Of a DNA stretch of 64,000 nucleotides, positions 1 to 14,020 are shown in pieces. The DNA is taken from contig NGBS01000299.1 in NCBI GenBank assembly GCA_002245135.1, positions 124,001 through 188,000 on the forward strand, written 5' to 3'. The position numbers and the translations under genes were made by a program. How positions within the stretch are numbered: position 1 is the first letter of the stretch; each line of letters begins with the position of its first letter. The notes beneath the pieces were generated by a model. The model saw only the letters and a list, made by a program, of their open reading frames with translations. It had not been told where the DNA came from and did not search any database. Source of the stretch: Proteromonas lacertae. Taxonomy: Eukaryota.

Positions 1-1424
1 ATAAAACCAATTATACCATACCACGAATTGCAATTTCGTAAAAGAAACATATAAATATTATCAATGAATATATAAAAAAAAGATATACAAAAACAAATGT
101 AACAAAAGTAATAATTATTGGCAACAGAACTAAAACCTTATTAAAGAATTCTAATTCATTTTGTTTAGCAGTTGCCATAAAATAACATTCAGTTATTCCA
201 TTTAAAGCTAAGAAAAAGACATATAAAAAATAATTTTCAATCAAAACTGGACCTTTACTTCCATTACTTACCATATTATCTCCTCCATAGAAATATAATA
301 AAATCGGTGAATATGTATGTCCGAAAAATGCAATTATCAATCCAATTAAAGTAACAAATTTTATCACTGTTTTAAGTGTTGCAAAACTTAGTTTTGTAGG
401 TTTATTATTATGTTGATATCTTACTTCTTTAGAGAAAAAGATAAAGTAAGATTCCTCTAATGAATGAAACAAAAATCTTGGAATCAATGAACCAATATTA
501 CTAACAACATCATATATACCTTGATCGTTGAAATTAATCATATTAAACATTGTCATTAAATACCTTTCAGCTTCAGTTAATATTTGTTTAATAAACGATT
601 GCTTTTCAAATGTCCATAAATACTTTATTATTGTTGGTGAATACCAATTATCATCAGAATAAGATGGAATAAAATCTGATAAATAATGAATACTATTGTA
701 TTTATCATCTTCATCCTTCTTTTTGTTCTTATTTATTACTATTGACACTCCAATTATGTAAGAAAGTAATATAGAAAATCCATGCACTAAATGAGAATAT
801 CCATAAATATTAAGCTTCAATTGTGGCTTGTAACATAACAACATGATTATCATAGATGTTTGAATAAACAATGAGATTCCTTCAATTATTGTTTTTAACC
901 CAAAATACATATACACTTGACAATAGATGTAAAATGGTTCTGACAATATTTCAAATATAGTTCCAATTCCATAGTATATTACATTAATTCTATAATTATC
1001 TGTTGTTAAAGGTGATGGTAATATATACGACCATATATAGCACATGATAACTGTAATTATCAAACCAATTGGTATGCACAACCATACTAAATTATTAATT
1101 TGTTTATATGGTGTATTTTTCGAATCTAAGCATACTTTTCTAAATGCTTCACGTGTAATAAATACAATTGTTGTATATAACAACTGTAATCTATAATATC
1201 AACATAATAAGAGAAATACCTTACATTTGCGATTCCAAGTATTTCTGAATCAGTATTTCTAGATATGTAACCATGCAATAAAAATGTAGTCAACCTAAAA
1301 ACTATCTAAATGAAGAAAATAAATGAATTACTAATACTTGCAAACCAACACCATAAAATATTGACTTTGTTGCATTGTGAAGAATATTTTTTGAATCTTT
1401 ACTCTCGTTCTTATCTTCAGTCAT
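1..1424 (-). CDS. RFT1: RFT1 (Man5GlcNAc2-PP-dolichol translocation protein), multi-exon, 3' end runs off the window
   Basis: ATG at 1424 and two GT-AG introns lead into LLYTTIVFITREAFR. Also ILSEPFYI, KQILTEAER, DQGIYDVVSNIGSLIPRFLFHSLEES and LALNGITECY, all RFT1 motifs. An AT-AA intron (86-28) restores VSWYGIIGF. Confidence 0.92.
28..86 (-). other. U12-type-like AT-AA intron in RFT1 (59 nt, phase 2)
   Basis: Donor ATATCTTTT, branch-like TTCTTTTAC 11 nt from the 3' end, terminal TGCAA. No AG is available in the interval. Removal removes the premature stop and gives FVFVSWYGIIGF, matching the RFT1 WxGxxGFI segment. Confidence 0.7.
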
Positions 1425-1653
1425 AAAGAACAAAAAAGAAAATTAAAATGGGTGTTTGTAAATTTTTGAAAGCTTTTCATGTAACTTTCTATCTATAACA
1501 TTTTCATGAATATTAAGTGAATCAACCATTTGAAACAATAGACATGTATCCATTTGTAATGTTTTAGTTTGTAAGTAGCGTTGATAATATTGAAAAAATG
1601 AAGAAAACGATTCTGTAACGCATATATTTTCAATTTATTTATTTTTTATATTT

Positions 1654-2928
1654 ATGGCTACAGAGAGTGAGGACGATATAATGTGTAAATTTTTAGTATA
1701 TAAAATACATTATACATTAGACAAAAGCGTTTAGCAAGTATACAGCTTCAGTCAATTGCTCATTTCGTAAGGAACTAATAGTACCTATCGATAATGTGAC
1801 TAAAGAAATTGCACAGATTTTATGCTGTATAATAATTCTTGTTTATATTAATGTATTACTAGTAAATAACGCCGAAATATCCTGGTGGCAATATAAATAT
1901 CTCTCTATGTGGATTAGTAGTTCTACACAATCATATATAAATGTAACTAAATTTTTTAGCCTTCTTAATGTTGATCTACAACCAATTTTTAAAGGTTACT
2001 TTTCTGTATATATGGATAGAGTTACAGTAGATAATATAATCCCATTTATTGGCATATTTGCATTTTTATCACCAAGTAAATTAACTAGAAGTATAAAAAC
2101 ATCTAATAATATATTATATTATATTGAATAGTATTATTGTCAATAACAGGAATTCAAACAAATCTATCAATCAACTCCAAACAAGCAGGTGAATTTTTTA
2201 ATGCAATAAATGAAAACGCCCAAGGAGATAAAGAAGTTATGATATTTTTAAAGAAACATAAAGCCGAAAAACATATATCATTACACACAATTGCATTTCA
2301 AATCGAACACTTAGATATACTTCATTTACCTCTTCAACAATTAAGATCTGCCTTAGTAAATTTTTTTATTGGTTCTAATAGTTATCTACAGATAATGAAT
2401 AGAAGACAATTCTATGATCATATAGCTGATGTTGTGTCATTGAATAACAATAACAAGAATGAGAAAAAGGATAAAAACACTATAGAACCACCTCCAGAAT
2501 CTTGTATATCAAAGACATTTAGAGTAATTTGTACATCTTCTCCTCCTCCTTATTATACGGAATATCGAAATAAAGATGTTGATGGAGTTCAAGTAACAGC
2601 TGATTTTATTCACTCAACTAGAGCTAGATACGGTTATAGTAAAAGACCAAATACTAATTTAAGAGCATCAAATGTATCAGCAGCATCTGAATATTCCGAA
2701 GTTAATAATAATGAAGAAGAAGAAGAAAAACTGTCAAAGATGTTGAGAGAATCAAGTAGTAGAGCTTCTATAGCAAAATCACCTGTTTTGAGAAGTTTAA
2801 GATATAGAGCATCTAGTGTTTCCACAGTAAAATCAAAAAATAAAAAATTAGGTGCATCTAGTTTAAAAATGATCCCTAATGATCCAGCCCATTCTATACT
2901 TGAGGATATAACTAAAACTGATATTTAA
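1654..2928 (+). CDS. Tandem family member 1 (uncharacterised; degenerate EF-hand/calcineurin-B-like core, PPPYY and RYGYS motifs)
   Basis: ATG 1654, three GT-AG introns. Shares LNNxEIS, ILLSxxGIQTN, PESC, PPPYYTEY and RYGYSKR with the downstream copies. Confidence 0.85.
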
Positions 2929-3052
2929 TGTAAATTTAATTGGTAATTTAACAAGTTAAATGTTTTTTTATTTTCTTTGGGGTAATTTTAAATGAAAAAT
3001 TTACATCCACCAAATATTGAAAAGTGAATAATAAGAGCAATGACTTCCTGTA

Positions 3053-4161
3053 ATGACGCCCCAGTTATTAGTATATGTTGAATTTTTTTATTCAATAGAT
3101 AAAATCATATAAAAACTTTTCCCTAAGCGACTCTTGCTCGTAAAGGAAAACATCACTGTTACCTTTGAATGCAGTATCCCGTAACATTGCAGTATATTTT
3201 TGTTGTATATATATATACATTCAATAATATGAAAATAGTGAACAATTACTAAATTTCTATCTGTTTATATAAGTTTCTATATTATTGGTATAAGAACCCA
3301 GAATCATTATATATAAAAGCACCAGATTTATTTAAAATACTTAAAATTCAATACACTCCATTATTTAAACTATATTTCGATATTTATAGTATAAATGTGT
3401 ATTACTTATATACATAGATGAAAATATTGATTATGAGATATTTTTTCAGTTCTTTTGTTTGTTTGCATTTAGTAGGACAAGTAAGATTGTAAAAATCTTA
3501 CTGTCGGTATGTAAAATTCATAGTAATATAGCTTTAACATACGATCAAACATTATATTTTTTCTCTGCTATATGTCCAAAATATACAGAAGATTCTGAGT
3601 TGAGATATTTTTTAGATTCTGTGTATCTTTTTATAATATAATATAATATATAGTAAAAATCAGGATGGAATACCATTATATGAAATAGAAACAATACTAG
3701 AAATAAATAACTCCTTATCAATACCTTTCTGGCAGTTATCAAGATCATTAATAAACTATTTCTTCAAAGATAAATTATATCTTCAAATCATGATTAGAAA
3801 ACAATACTATGACGCAGCAAAAGAAATAAAGAATGGTGTAATTGAAAGTCCTAAAGAATCTTGCTTATCAAGATTCACTAGAACATTTATAACAAAACAA
3901 CCTCCACCATACTATTCTGATTATAGATACAATCAAATAGATATTTATACTTTAAGGAGTATTATTATCTATAATATGCGATGTAAATATGGATATAGCC
4001 ATAGACTTCTCTCAAACACTTCTTTTGTATCATTTGAAGAAATTTCTTCTTCCGTGAGGATTAAAAAATCTAAAAAGAGTTCCATTTTAAGTGATCAATT
4101 TGTTAAAAGAACAAGGCATTCTACAATCTCATCTAATCAAATTATGCCAAATATTGAATAA
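3053..4161 (+). pseudogene. Tandem family member 2, with two in-frame TAA codons
   Basis: The spliced model (4 introns) aligns end to end with its paralogs, but has TAA at 3141-3143 (often W/Y/F in paralogs) and at 3250-3252 (E of NNYEI in paralogs). Confidence 0.7.
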
Positions 4162-4313
4162 TTTGTATGATATTGTATGTTTAAAACTGTTAAATAATAG
4201 TAAATTAATATGTTTAGTTTATATTGTATTGGTATGATCTATTTATTTGGTAGAAAATAAATTCAAAATAGAATAAAAATTTCTGATCGTTTTATATTCA
4301 TCATTTTTTTTTG

Positions 4314-5451
4314 ATGGATGAATTTGTTACTCAAAAAGATCTTGTATATTATTATGTTTATTATTGATAGTTGAAAGCTTATAACAACTTTTCATTACCT
4401 TCATGCTGTAATGATAGGTCACAACCGTTGCTTCCTTTAAGTGAACAGTCTATTATGTTAGCTACGATTTGCTGTTGTATAATCTAATTACTTATCACTG
4501 ATAATAGTAAACAACTGTGAAGTATCAACATTACAGTATCAATATCTTAAGATATGGAGAAAAAACCCTTCTAAAGAGTATATATTTGCTAGTGAATTGT
4601 TTAAAGTAATGGATATTGAGTATAGAAAACTATTTCAACTTTTGTTTGCAGCTAACAGTATTTATAATTTTTAAATATGCTTTATAGATGATATGCTTGA
4701 CTATAATACATTTTTTTGTTATTTTTGTGCAATGTGCTTTTGTAAATTTGAAAGATTAGTCAAAATATTTCTATCTGTCTGTGGAATTCATAGCAATGTT
4801 GGCTCAAGCAAAGATAAAGTAATCCAATTTTTTGAAGCAATATCACCTACTGCTTTAGAAAATGTGGATGTAAATTCTTTCTTAGAAAAATAGTATTTTA
4901 ATATGAAAATAATGTAATTGTATAGTAATGATGATGACATAATATCTATAAAGTCTGTTGCCTATTTTCTGCAAACTAATGTGGAATTATACAACACATT
5001 TTGGACATTAAAACAATCTCTGATTAATAAGTTTTTTTCTGATAAAAAGTATACAAAAATCATAAAGCGAATGAGTTACTATGACATAGTGGTAACAAGA
5101 GGTAATAAACCAATTAATATTCCTAAAGAAAATAATTTCTCAAAGCTATATAGAATCCTGATTGAAAAAGAGCCACCTCCTTATTACAGTGATTATAGAG
5201 TATTAGGAAGCAACGCAACTGAATTACATGATTATTTAATTTTCTCTACAAGAGTGAGATATGGTTATAGTCAAAGAATAACTGCTTCTAATATTTCTAT
5301 TACAACATCAGATGAACTTTCTCATGAGTCTCATAACGACAGTGGTCATTCAAGGCAAATTCTAAAATCCTCACTGCAGAGTCCAAATATATTAAAGTTA
5401 GCAATTCAGAAAAGATCTACTGCTTCGAATCAAATCGTTCCTTTAAAATAA
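4314..5451 (+). CDS. Tandem family member 3
   Basis: ATG 4314, four GT-AG introns at family-conserved positions; LSVCGIHSN, PPPYYSDY, RYGYSQR. Confidence 0.85.
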
Positions 5452-5617
5452 TGTATATACTATAATGTGAATAGGATTTCAACGTTTATGCTAAATTAAT
5501 ATAGTATAAATTATTTTAACTCATCCTAAATGTATTTTATTATGTTATTATAGTGGAATTTTTTATTTATTTGGTTTAATAGAAGTAAAGACAATTTTTG
5601 ATTTTTACTAATGCTCG

Positions 5618-5729
5618 TTAAATACTTATAACAGCTTATCTTCGTGTGTCTTCTACATTAATTTACAACAACCTTTACTTCCTAGTAAATAACAGTCGAT
5701 TAAGTTAGCTACAATTATTAGGTGTTGTG
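5618..5729 (+). pseudogene. Relic 5' fragment of the tandem family, resembling exon 2 of member 3
   Basis: Translates LNTYNSLSS...QQPLLPSK*QSIKLATII versus member 3 LKAYNNFSL...SQPLLPLSEQSIMLATIC. In-frame TAA and no downstream exons. Confidence 0.65.
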
Positions 5730-5829
5730 TTATTGAATATTCACAATATATCATTCTAAATCTAAATTTGAAATATTGAAAAAATTTAGTCGTTTTAGAT
5801 TAATGGTTTAATTTTAAATCGTTATAGAG

Positions 5830-7100
5830 ATGAGCAAAATGCATCATAACGAAGAATTGGATATTATTTGTGAAATGGTATAATTTATTATATAATATGT
5901 ATAGAAAAATGGTTATAAAACTTATAGTCCTACAATCAATTTCTCTTGGAGAAAGACTATACTTATGCCATTAGATCCTGTATCTTTAGAATTCGCACAG
6001 ATTTTGTGTTGTATTTGATCTACCTATATAGTCTTAGTAAATAATTACGAAATAGCAGAATGGCAGTACAGATATTTATCAATATGGATACGTAATTGTG
6101 AACACCCGTATATTAGTTCAGAACAATTTTTTCAGTTTATTGGTGTGAATTACACAAATTTATTTAAATTCTACTTCTTAATCTATAGTATAAATACATC
6201 AATATACATAATTTAGAAGAAAATATGACTGTAGATATATTTTTTGCATTTTTATGTTTATTCACGTTTGGTAAGAACGAGTATATAATTAGAGTTTTAT
6301 TATCAGTGTGTGGAATACACAGTAATCGCAATTTAACATATGATCAAGCAATAACATTCTGTAAATGTATAAATGAAAATGCTTTCTTAGATGCAAAGTT
6401 ATTCAAATGGTTAGCTGACAGACAACAATCAGGAATTACAGTGGAGGATATATCTCGAATTGTATTTGAACATGAAATATTAATAACTCCGTTTAATAAT
6501 CTACAAGATGCATTAATAGTGAATTTTATAGGTAAAAAAAAATTTCAAAGAATAGTTCAAAGGATCAATTATTATGATACTATTGTGAATGTTAGTCCAG
6601 ATAATCCATTGATAATGATTTCACAACCTAAAGAAGCTTGTTGTAGTAAATTAATTCGTGAAATAATAATGAGAGAACCTCCTCCTTTTTATACTGATTA
6701 TAGGATAAATCATACGGATAGTAAGAAATCATTGAAAGTAGTAATGTCTCAATTAAGAACGAGATATGGATATAGTCGAAGATTACAAAGTTTTGCGAGG
6801 ATGAGTAAAGCATCCTCCAGGTCTACCAGACCTAGTTTTCAACTATCTGAGAATATCACTCATACTGATGAGTATGATGATGGTATACAAAAAATTAATA
6901 AGACATTGGAACAACAGTATCATGGAGGTAGTACTCATAGTATAATAAATAAACAAGAATATATGAATGTAAGTGTTTCTCGAATGACTTCGTCTCATAT
7001 GTTAAATGCATGTTCATCTAGAAGGAGAGTAAAACCTCATCCATCAATATGTTCTGCTGTTGTTCTACCAGATTCAACATCAACTAAAGGATCCACTTAA
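5830..7100 (+). CDS. Tandem family member 4
   Basis: ATG 5830, three introns; NNYEIAEWQY, RVLLSVCGIHSN, PPPFYTDY, RYGYSRR. Confidence 0.87.
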
Positions 7101-7233
7101 AATAACTTTTATAGGCTAATGTATGTTTAAAATCATTTAATATTTAAGTAGTATTAATCAGTTTATATTTGTATCTTAAACTAAAAAAATAAGAGAGTTT
7201 GATTTGTGTCAAACAAGTTTGATTTGAAAAATA

Positions 7234-8448
7234 ATGGAAGAGGAAGAAGAGACAGTAGAGAAGCTGGTATGATTATATTCATTATAATAATCTCATTATA
7301 TAGAATGAAGCTTTAGAATATTACAATAAAATGCGGTGTTCTTACCAGATTAACTTGTTTATCTGTTTAGATATATTGGAGAGCAATCTTGCCAAAATTT
7401 TGTGTTGTATATTTATTGATCAATATGTTTAATAGTAAATAACTACGAAATAGCCACAATACATAAATGGTATTTAAATCTGTGGAAGAAAGACAAATTA
7501 TCTCCTTATATAGATGCTAATGTTTTATTTAAACATTTAAAAATTAATTTTACAGATATTTTCCAAAAGTTCTTTCAAATCTTCGAGAATAGAGTGTCAA
7601 TCCACAATTTCGTAGTGTTCGTATGTATATTTACGTTTGGAAATGCTGATGATATACTCAGAATCCTTTTATCAGTCTGTGGGGTTCATAGTAATGTAGC
7701 AATAAGTTATCATCATTGTGTGAATATAATAAAATCAATGTATCCGAATGCATTAACAGATGAGAAATTATCGAAATGGATATCAAACCAACAGACATCA
7801 GAAATTATATCAGTTCATGAGTTTTTATCTGCTTTAAAAGCATCAATAATTACTGACTTATTAGAAAAAATAAAAAATAGTATAATAGATATAGTTATAG
7901 GAAGTAGTAATTATGATGCTATCTGTAAGAGATCCTATTATTATAATACTATCGTTTATGGTAATGAGAATTATGCATGTGATAATAAAAGAGATAAAGA
8001 CAAATTTACATTATATACTTATGAAAATTGCTTTCATAAATTAGTTAGGATTTTATTTACACATAAACCACCTCCTTTATATACAGAATATCATTATAAT
8101 TATGGTAATAATAATAATCAGATTATACCAATCTCTAGTTTTGATGGTATCAGTCCTCGGAGTGAATTTGGCAATATTAGTGGTAGTTCAAATCAATATG
8201 AATCAGTAGTTGCATTAATCAGAGCAAGGTATGGTTATAGTAGACGACATACATCAACACCTTCTAAAGCTTCTTTAAGAAGAAAAACATTATGTTCAAG
8301 TAGACACAGTAGCAGACAAAGTAAATATGCTGTTAAAGTAAATGGAAAGATTAATTCTAACGCTGATTCCACAAAAGTTATTCATTATTTTAGTGATTCA
8401 ATTAATCCATCTTCAAATCAAATTGTAACTGAAAATGCTGACCTATAA
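7234..8448 (+). CDS. Tandem family member 5
   Basis: ATG 7234, two introns; NNYEI, RILLSVCGVHSN, PPPLYTEY, RYGYSRR. Confidence 0.87.
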
Positions 8449-8552
8449 CACTGTATATATTTAGATAATTAATTATTTAATCTGTTTTTTGGGGTGGATT
8501 TTTTTAATTTCTAAATGTTGTAACGTATATTTTTTTTTAATTAAAAACGACA

Positions 8553-9879
8553 ATGGAAGCAGGTGAGTTAAATCAAATAGATGTGATGGTATTTTTGAAA
8601 TATTTATTGTAATTTATATAGCTGAAAGCATATAAATCTTATTCCTCTTCAACATTGTGTTCATATAGGACTACACTGATTTTCCCTTTAGATAGTATGT
8701 CTCAGCTACTAGCGCAGTTATATTGTTGTATATATTATTTTTTACATGTTATTTAGTTAATAATTATGAAATATCGTCTTGGCAGTACATATACTTATCA
8801 ATATGGAAGAGTGTGCTAGACACTGAAAAACATTCATACATAAAAGCATCCACATTTTTTGCTAAACTAGGAATTCCATACTATGATTTATTGAAATATT
8901 ATTTTTTAATTTATGGTATGTTAGTGATATGAACTATCATTCAATAGATGAAAGAGTCACAATAGACACATTTTTTCCTTTTATGTGTTTAGTTTGTTTT
9001 ACTCAACTTGATTCGTTTATTCATATTCTTTTATCAGTATGTAGTATACATAGTAATGTTGCTTATACATATGATCAAATATCTACGTTTGTAAAAGCAA
9101 TAAACCCACTAGCATTCTCTGATAAAAAAATATCTTCATGGTTAAATGAACAGTATATATATATATATATATATATAATAGTGATTATTATTTTATTTTA
9201 TAGTCAACATAAAGATTTAATTCCTTTTTCAAGTCTATTTCAAATGATCAAAACCTCCATTCTTTATACAACAATTGAAGAAGTGAGAAATAAAGTAATA
9301 TTCAAATTCATAGGCAAAGATGAATTTGAATTAATAACAGCAAGAAAAGTGTTTTACGATGAGATATTATCACATCCACATTTACAATTACCACCAGAAT
9401 CCTGTCTACATAAATTCATAAGAGTAGCAATACAAAGTGCGCCACCACCTTTTTATACTGAATATAGAAATCTAGATGAACATCATAATATAAATCAAAC
9501 ATTTGATACTGTATTATTGCAAATTAGAACTAGATATGGTTATAGTAGAAGACATACTAGTTGTGTGAGAAGTAAATCGAAATTTTTGTCATCTAGTTTT
9601 AAAAAGAGTACGAATGCACCTAATGAACTTCGGAGGAATAGTAATGCTAGTTGTGGTAATTTGAATGCTAATCTTAGTAATAATGCTAACAATCCAAGTG
9701 GTGATTTTGACAAAGGAATTGATAGGATTAATAAAGATATCCAAATGCAGAGAAGAATGAGTTCTCAATCGCAATTAGATTTTAAAATTCCTTTAGCTAG
9801 ACAGAGTATTAGATCAATGAAAAGAATATCAGTTAATCATGCTTTGTCTGCTAGATCATGCGTTGTTATTAAACAGTAG
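8553..9879 (+). CDS. Tandem family member 6
   Basis: ATG 8553, four introns, one with a (TA)n run; PPESC, PPPFYTEY, RYGYSRR. Confidence 0.87.
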
Positions 9880-10043
9880 TGTATAGTATTTTGTAATTTA
9901 GATGTTTATACTTATGTCTTTTTTTTGTGTGTCTGTATGTATGCATTCGTAAAACATAAATATATAGATATAGTGATATGCATTTTTAATTGATAAATAA
10001 GAATTTGTAGTTATTAAAAAAAATGTCGTTTTATTAAAATTTT

Positions 10044-11235
10044 ATGTCGAACAAACACACTATAGAGAAGCTTGTATATTTATGGGAATCATTTTTTCTG
10101 TAGGAACAAGCATATAGGAGTTATGGTGTAGGATTTAAATATAGACATAGAAATAATCTACTGTATCCTATTGATGGCATGAGCCAGCAATTTGCACATA
10201 TTTTATATTGTATTTATCAGCTATTTATTGTAGTAAATAATTATGAAATCTCTAAATGGGAGTATGATTACCTATCTATATGGATTAACACACATGATCA
10301 TCCTCATATAACTTCTGAAAGATTATTTGCACATTTAAATATAAATTACAGCGATATTTTTCAATTATATTTTATGATTTATGGTATATTCTCATCTCCT
10401 TTATTATTATTAATAGATGGAACTGTTACTTTAGACACATTTATTCAATTTTTATGTTTATTTGCTTTATGTAAGGTTGATGATCAAGTTAGAGTACTAC
10501 TTTCTGTTTGTGGATTTCAAAGTAATGTTAATATAAGTTATCAACAAACATGTATATTTATAAAGTGCTTAGATCGGTCTGCTTATATTGACGATGATGT
10601 TACATTGTTTCTTAAAAGAAAGTATATAATATTATATATATTAAAATAGTGAAAATCGACAAGTATCAATAGCTGAATTGATTGAATTAATTTGTAATTC
10701 TAGATTATTGTCTAAACTATTTATGGATTTACAGGTTGCTTTAATTGATAGTTTTATTGGTTTAAAAAGTTTTACAGATATTATTAGAAGAGTTCATTTT
10801 TATAACCGCGATTATAAGAAAAGTGGTATTGCTGTTCCTACAACTTATCCTGAATCTTGTTGCGAAATAATTTCTCGTAAATTTTCATTCAGGCCTCCTC
10901 CTTATTATACAGATTATCCTGCTGTAGCAGCTGATAAAAACTGTAATTTTGAAAATGTAATTGCTGTTGTTAGAGCTAGGTATGGTTATAGTAGAAGATT
11001 GACATATTCTAATTTACCTTCTATTAGAAGCCCAAGTGGTCGGTCTCAAAGCGTGTCGAGAAGACAAGAATATGAAGATGGAAGAAAGAGAATATCGAAT
11101 CACCTTAATAACAGTTCTTCTAACAGACATGCTTCTACAACAAAGAGTATGTATTACAGTCATAGCTCGCTAATGAAATGTCTGTCACCAGTAAGTTCTG
11201 GTACAGCTACTGCTTTGAAATCACATAGACAATGA
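10044..11235 (+). CDS. Tandem family member 7
   Basis: ATG 10044, four introns; NNYEISKW, RVLLSVCGFQSN, PESC, PPPYYTDY, RYGYSRR. Confidence 0.87.
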
Positions 11236-11415
11236 TATTTGTGGTTGTTTATTTATTGTAAATACGTGAAATAGTATTTTCATTTTATTTATTGATTTTT
11301 TAATTTACTGATATATATTACATTATGAAAGAGTTAATTATATAGTTCTTAGGTTCTATTACTGTTTTATGTGTGTTTGAACATTGCATCACTCAAAATT
11401 CAAATAAATAAAAAA

Positions 11416-11426
11416 AGCCAATAGAA
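11416..11426 (+). promoter_or_regulatory. AGCCAATAGAA CCAAT-box-like element
   Basis: Identical 11-mer upstream of family member 8 (11416-11426) and member 11 (15487-15497). Confidence 0.4.
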
Positions 11427-11440
11427 TTTGTCCATTTGAT

Positions 11441-12568
11441 ATGAATGAAACAGATACAATTTCTTTGTTTGTATGGTTATAATAATATTTTATTTTTGTA
11501 TATAGAAAAAGGCTTATCAAGAATATTCATCGATTTTTTCTAAACGAAGAGATCATCGTCCTTTAATCACAATAGATGGTATGATGACATCTGTGGCTCA
11601 AGTTTTATCATGTATATACTCGAGTGATAATTATATCTAGTAAATAACTATGAAATATCAAAATGGCAACATGAGTATTTAGGTATATGGGCAAATAACC
11701 CTGAATATCCTTACATAATGGCAGATAAATTATTTAAAGCCATAGATGTAGAATATACAGAGATTTATCAAAAACTCTTTTCTTTGTACAATGGTTGTGT
11801 TAATATGAATTTTTTCTTAGTTTTTTTGTGTTTATTTTCATTTGGAAGATTAGGTAATCAAATACGAGTGTTATTGTCTGTTTGTGGAATTCATAGTAAC
11901 GTAGGTTTATGTCAATCTCAAGCTACACATTTTCTTTCTCAACTAAGTAGGAATTCGTTAAATGATCAATATATTGTAAAGTCATTGTCTAGATGTGATA
12001 ATTCTGACCAAATCCCATTAAGTTATTTCATTGATGTAGTAAGTACATGTCCAATTTTAGTAAAACAATTTTCAGACTTACAAGCTGGTTTAATCAAGCG
12101 ATTTATCGGTTATAACAATTATCAATCGATACTTCAAAGAATGATTTATTATGCTTCAATAAGAAGAAATGGATTTATAATAAAAGCACCAGAGTCCTGT
12201 TTTGCATTGATATCGCGTATATTTAGTGGTAAACCACCTCCTTATCATACAGATTATCCATTTTTAGATGTTGAACAACCAACCACAATAGATAATATTT
12301 ACTGATGCTACGAAATTTGTATGGTTATAGTAAAAGACCAAATTGTTCATACCATCCTTCTCTTGTGTCTTCTAGAATAGTGACTAGCTCTAGAGTTGAA
12401 GATAATACTCCTTTGTCACCTAATGCTACTCCAATGCATAAATATAGATATAAAGTCACTTTAACGTCCTCTAGTCAAGTACAACATCAAGAATCTGGTC
12501 ATACTATCTGTACCACTGCTATGACAAATACTTATTCTAATTTATCTTCTTATCATCCAATATTGTAG
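11441..12568 (+). CDS. Tandem family member 8, with a 1-nt frameshift near 12300
   Basis: ATG 11441, two introns. The frame breaks at DNIY-TGA and the conserved LYGYSKR continues in the -1 frame; one extra T in the TTT run would restore it. Confidence 0.75.
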
Positions 12569-12707
12569 ACATATATAATATAGTAAATTCTTATATTTTT
12601 ATTTATCTATTTATCGTTTTTTATAATTGTGTTTTTGTGGAATTTGAAAAATGAAACGAAATTTTGGTTAAATTAAAAAATGCCCCACATTCTTAAAATT
12701 TAATAAA

Positions 12708-13923
12708 ATGAAAGATGATAAAGAAATTATAGAGGATATGGTATTTTAGCATTAATGCTTATTATCCATAGAAGCTATTATATAAGTCATATAAGAGGAC
12801 AGAAAGGTTTAGTTATAGAAAGACATTACTCTTCCCAATTGATCATTATAGTATTGAAGTCGCAAAAATACTGTGTCGTATTGTTATTTATATACTTTAT
12901 TTAGTCAATAACTATGAAATTGCACAATTACAATATAAATACCTAGAATTTTGGATTAAAAACCCAGAATTCACTTATATACCAGCAGATCAGTTATTTG
13001 ATGCTATGGATGTAAAATATTTAAATATATGTAAATATTATTTTTCTATCTATCATGAACATGTGACATTTGATTTATTTCTACAGTTCGTGTGTTTATT
13101 TACATTTGGAACTAATGAAAAAATGGCAAAAAGTATTTCAATCTAATTAATTTTATTTTTAATTATAGTATACTTGTCAATATGCGGTATTCAAACTAAT
13201 ATGGCTGTAAATCAAGATCAAGCTTTAATGTTTATGAGTAGTTTCAATGAAACAGCAGCTGATTGTCCAAATGTTCAACAGTTTATAAAAGCCCAGTATA
13301 TATATATAATATTAATTATTTGCAATTATAGTCAAAATGGTGTTTCATTGTCAGAAATAATAGTAGCATTAGAAAGTTTACCAGAAATTGCTGTTCCTTT
13401 GTCAAAACTAAAGAAAGGGTTTATTAAAAATGTTTTTGGTGTGTCAGACTATTGGGATATAGTACAAAGGAGGAATATTCTAGATAATAGCAGCAGTGAT
13501 ATAACAAATGAAAGTACAAAATATACTGAGACTTGTACTAGTAAATTTTATAGAGTTTTCATTCAGAAAAGACCTCCGATGTATTATACAGAATATAGAG
13601 CAAAGAATGAGACCTATGATCCAAATAAAACAATTGAATCACTTTTGTTGAGAATTAGAGAAAGATATGGGTATAGTAGAAGGAAAGTGAATTCTACACC
13701 TACGTTAAACAGATCACCTGCTGTAGGTAAGGCTTATTACACGTTTAATAGTCAAATTGACTCTCCTAATAGAGAAACTAGATCTAGAGTAAATACATTA
13801 AGTTTATCAATAAAGCCAGTAAGGCACAGTAGAGAAGATCCTTTAATTGTGTTTAATGAAGTTGTTTCTAGAAAGTCAAATTCAAGCAAGCGTTCTTCTA
13901 CAGTTTACCCATCTTCAGAATAG
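12708..13923 (+). CDS. Tandem family member 9
   Basis: ATG 12708, four introns; NNYEIAQ, LSICGIQTN, PPMYYTEY, RYGYSRR. Confidence 0.87.
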
Positions 13924-14020
13924 TTATTAATTATTAATCATTTAGTTTATTGTGTTTTTGTAATTTGTTTGTCAATTACATGATTATTACATTAAACTAA
14001 AACATTGTTATTTTAATGAA

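Noticed and set aside
3141..3252. TAA reassignment (ciliate-like genetic code)
   Set aside because: TAA, TAG and TGA all end genes normally, long exons are stop-free, and the two TAAs replace different residues.
3623..3653. GTATCTTT-starting introns (here and at about 39396 in the formin) as U12 type
   Set aside because: They are short (26-31 nt) and lack a TTCTTAA branch. The one here also occupies a position that is an ordinary GT-AG intron in paralogs.
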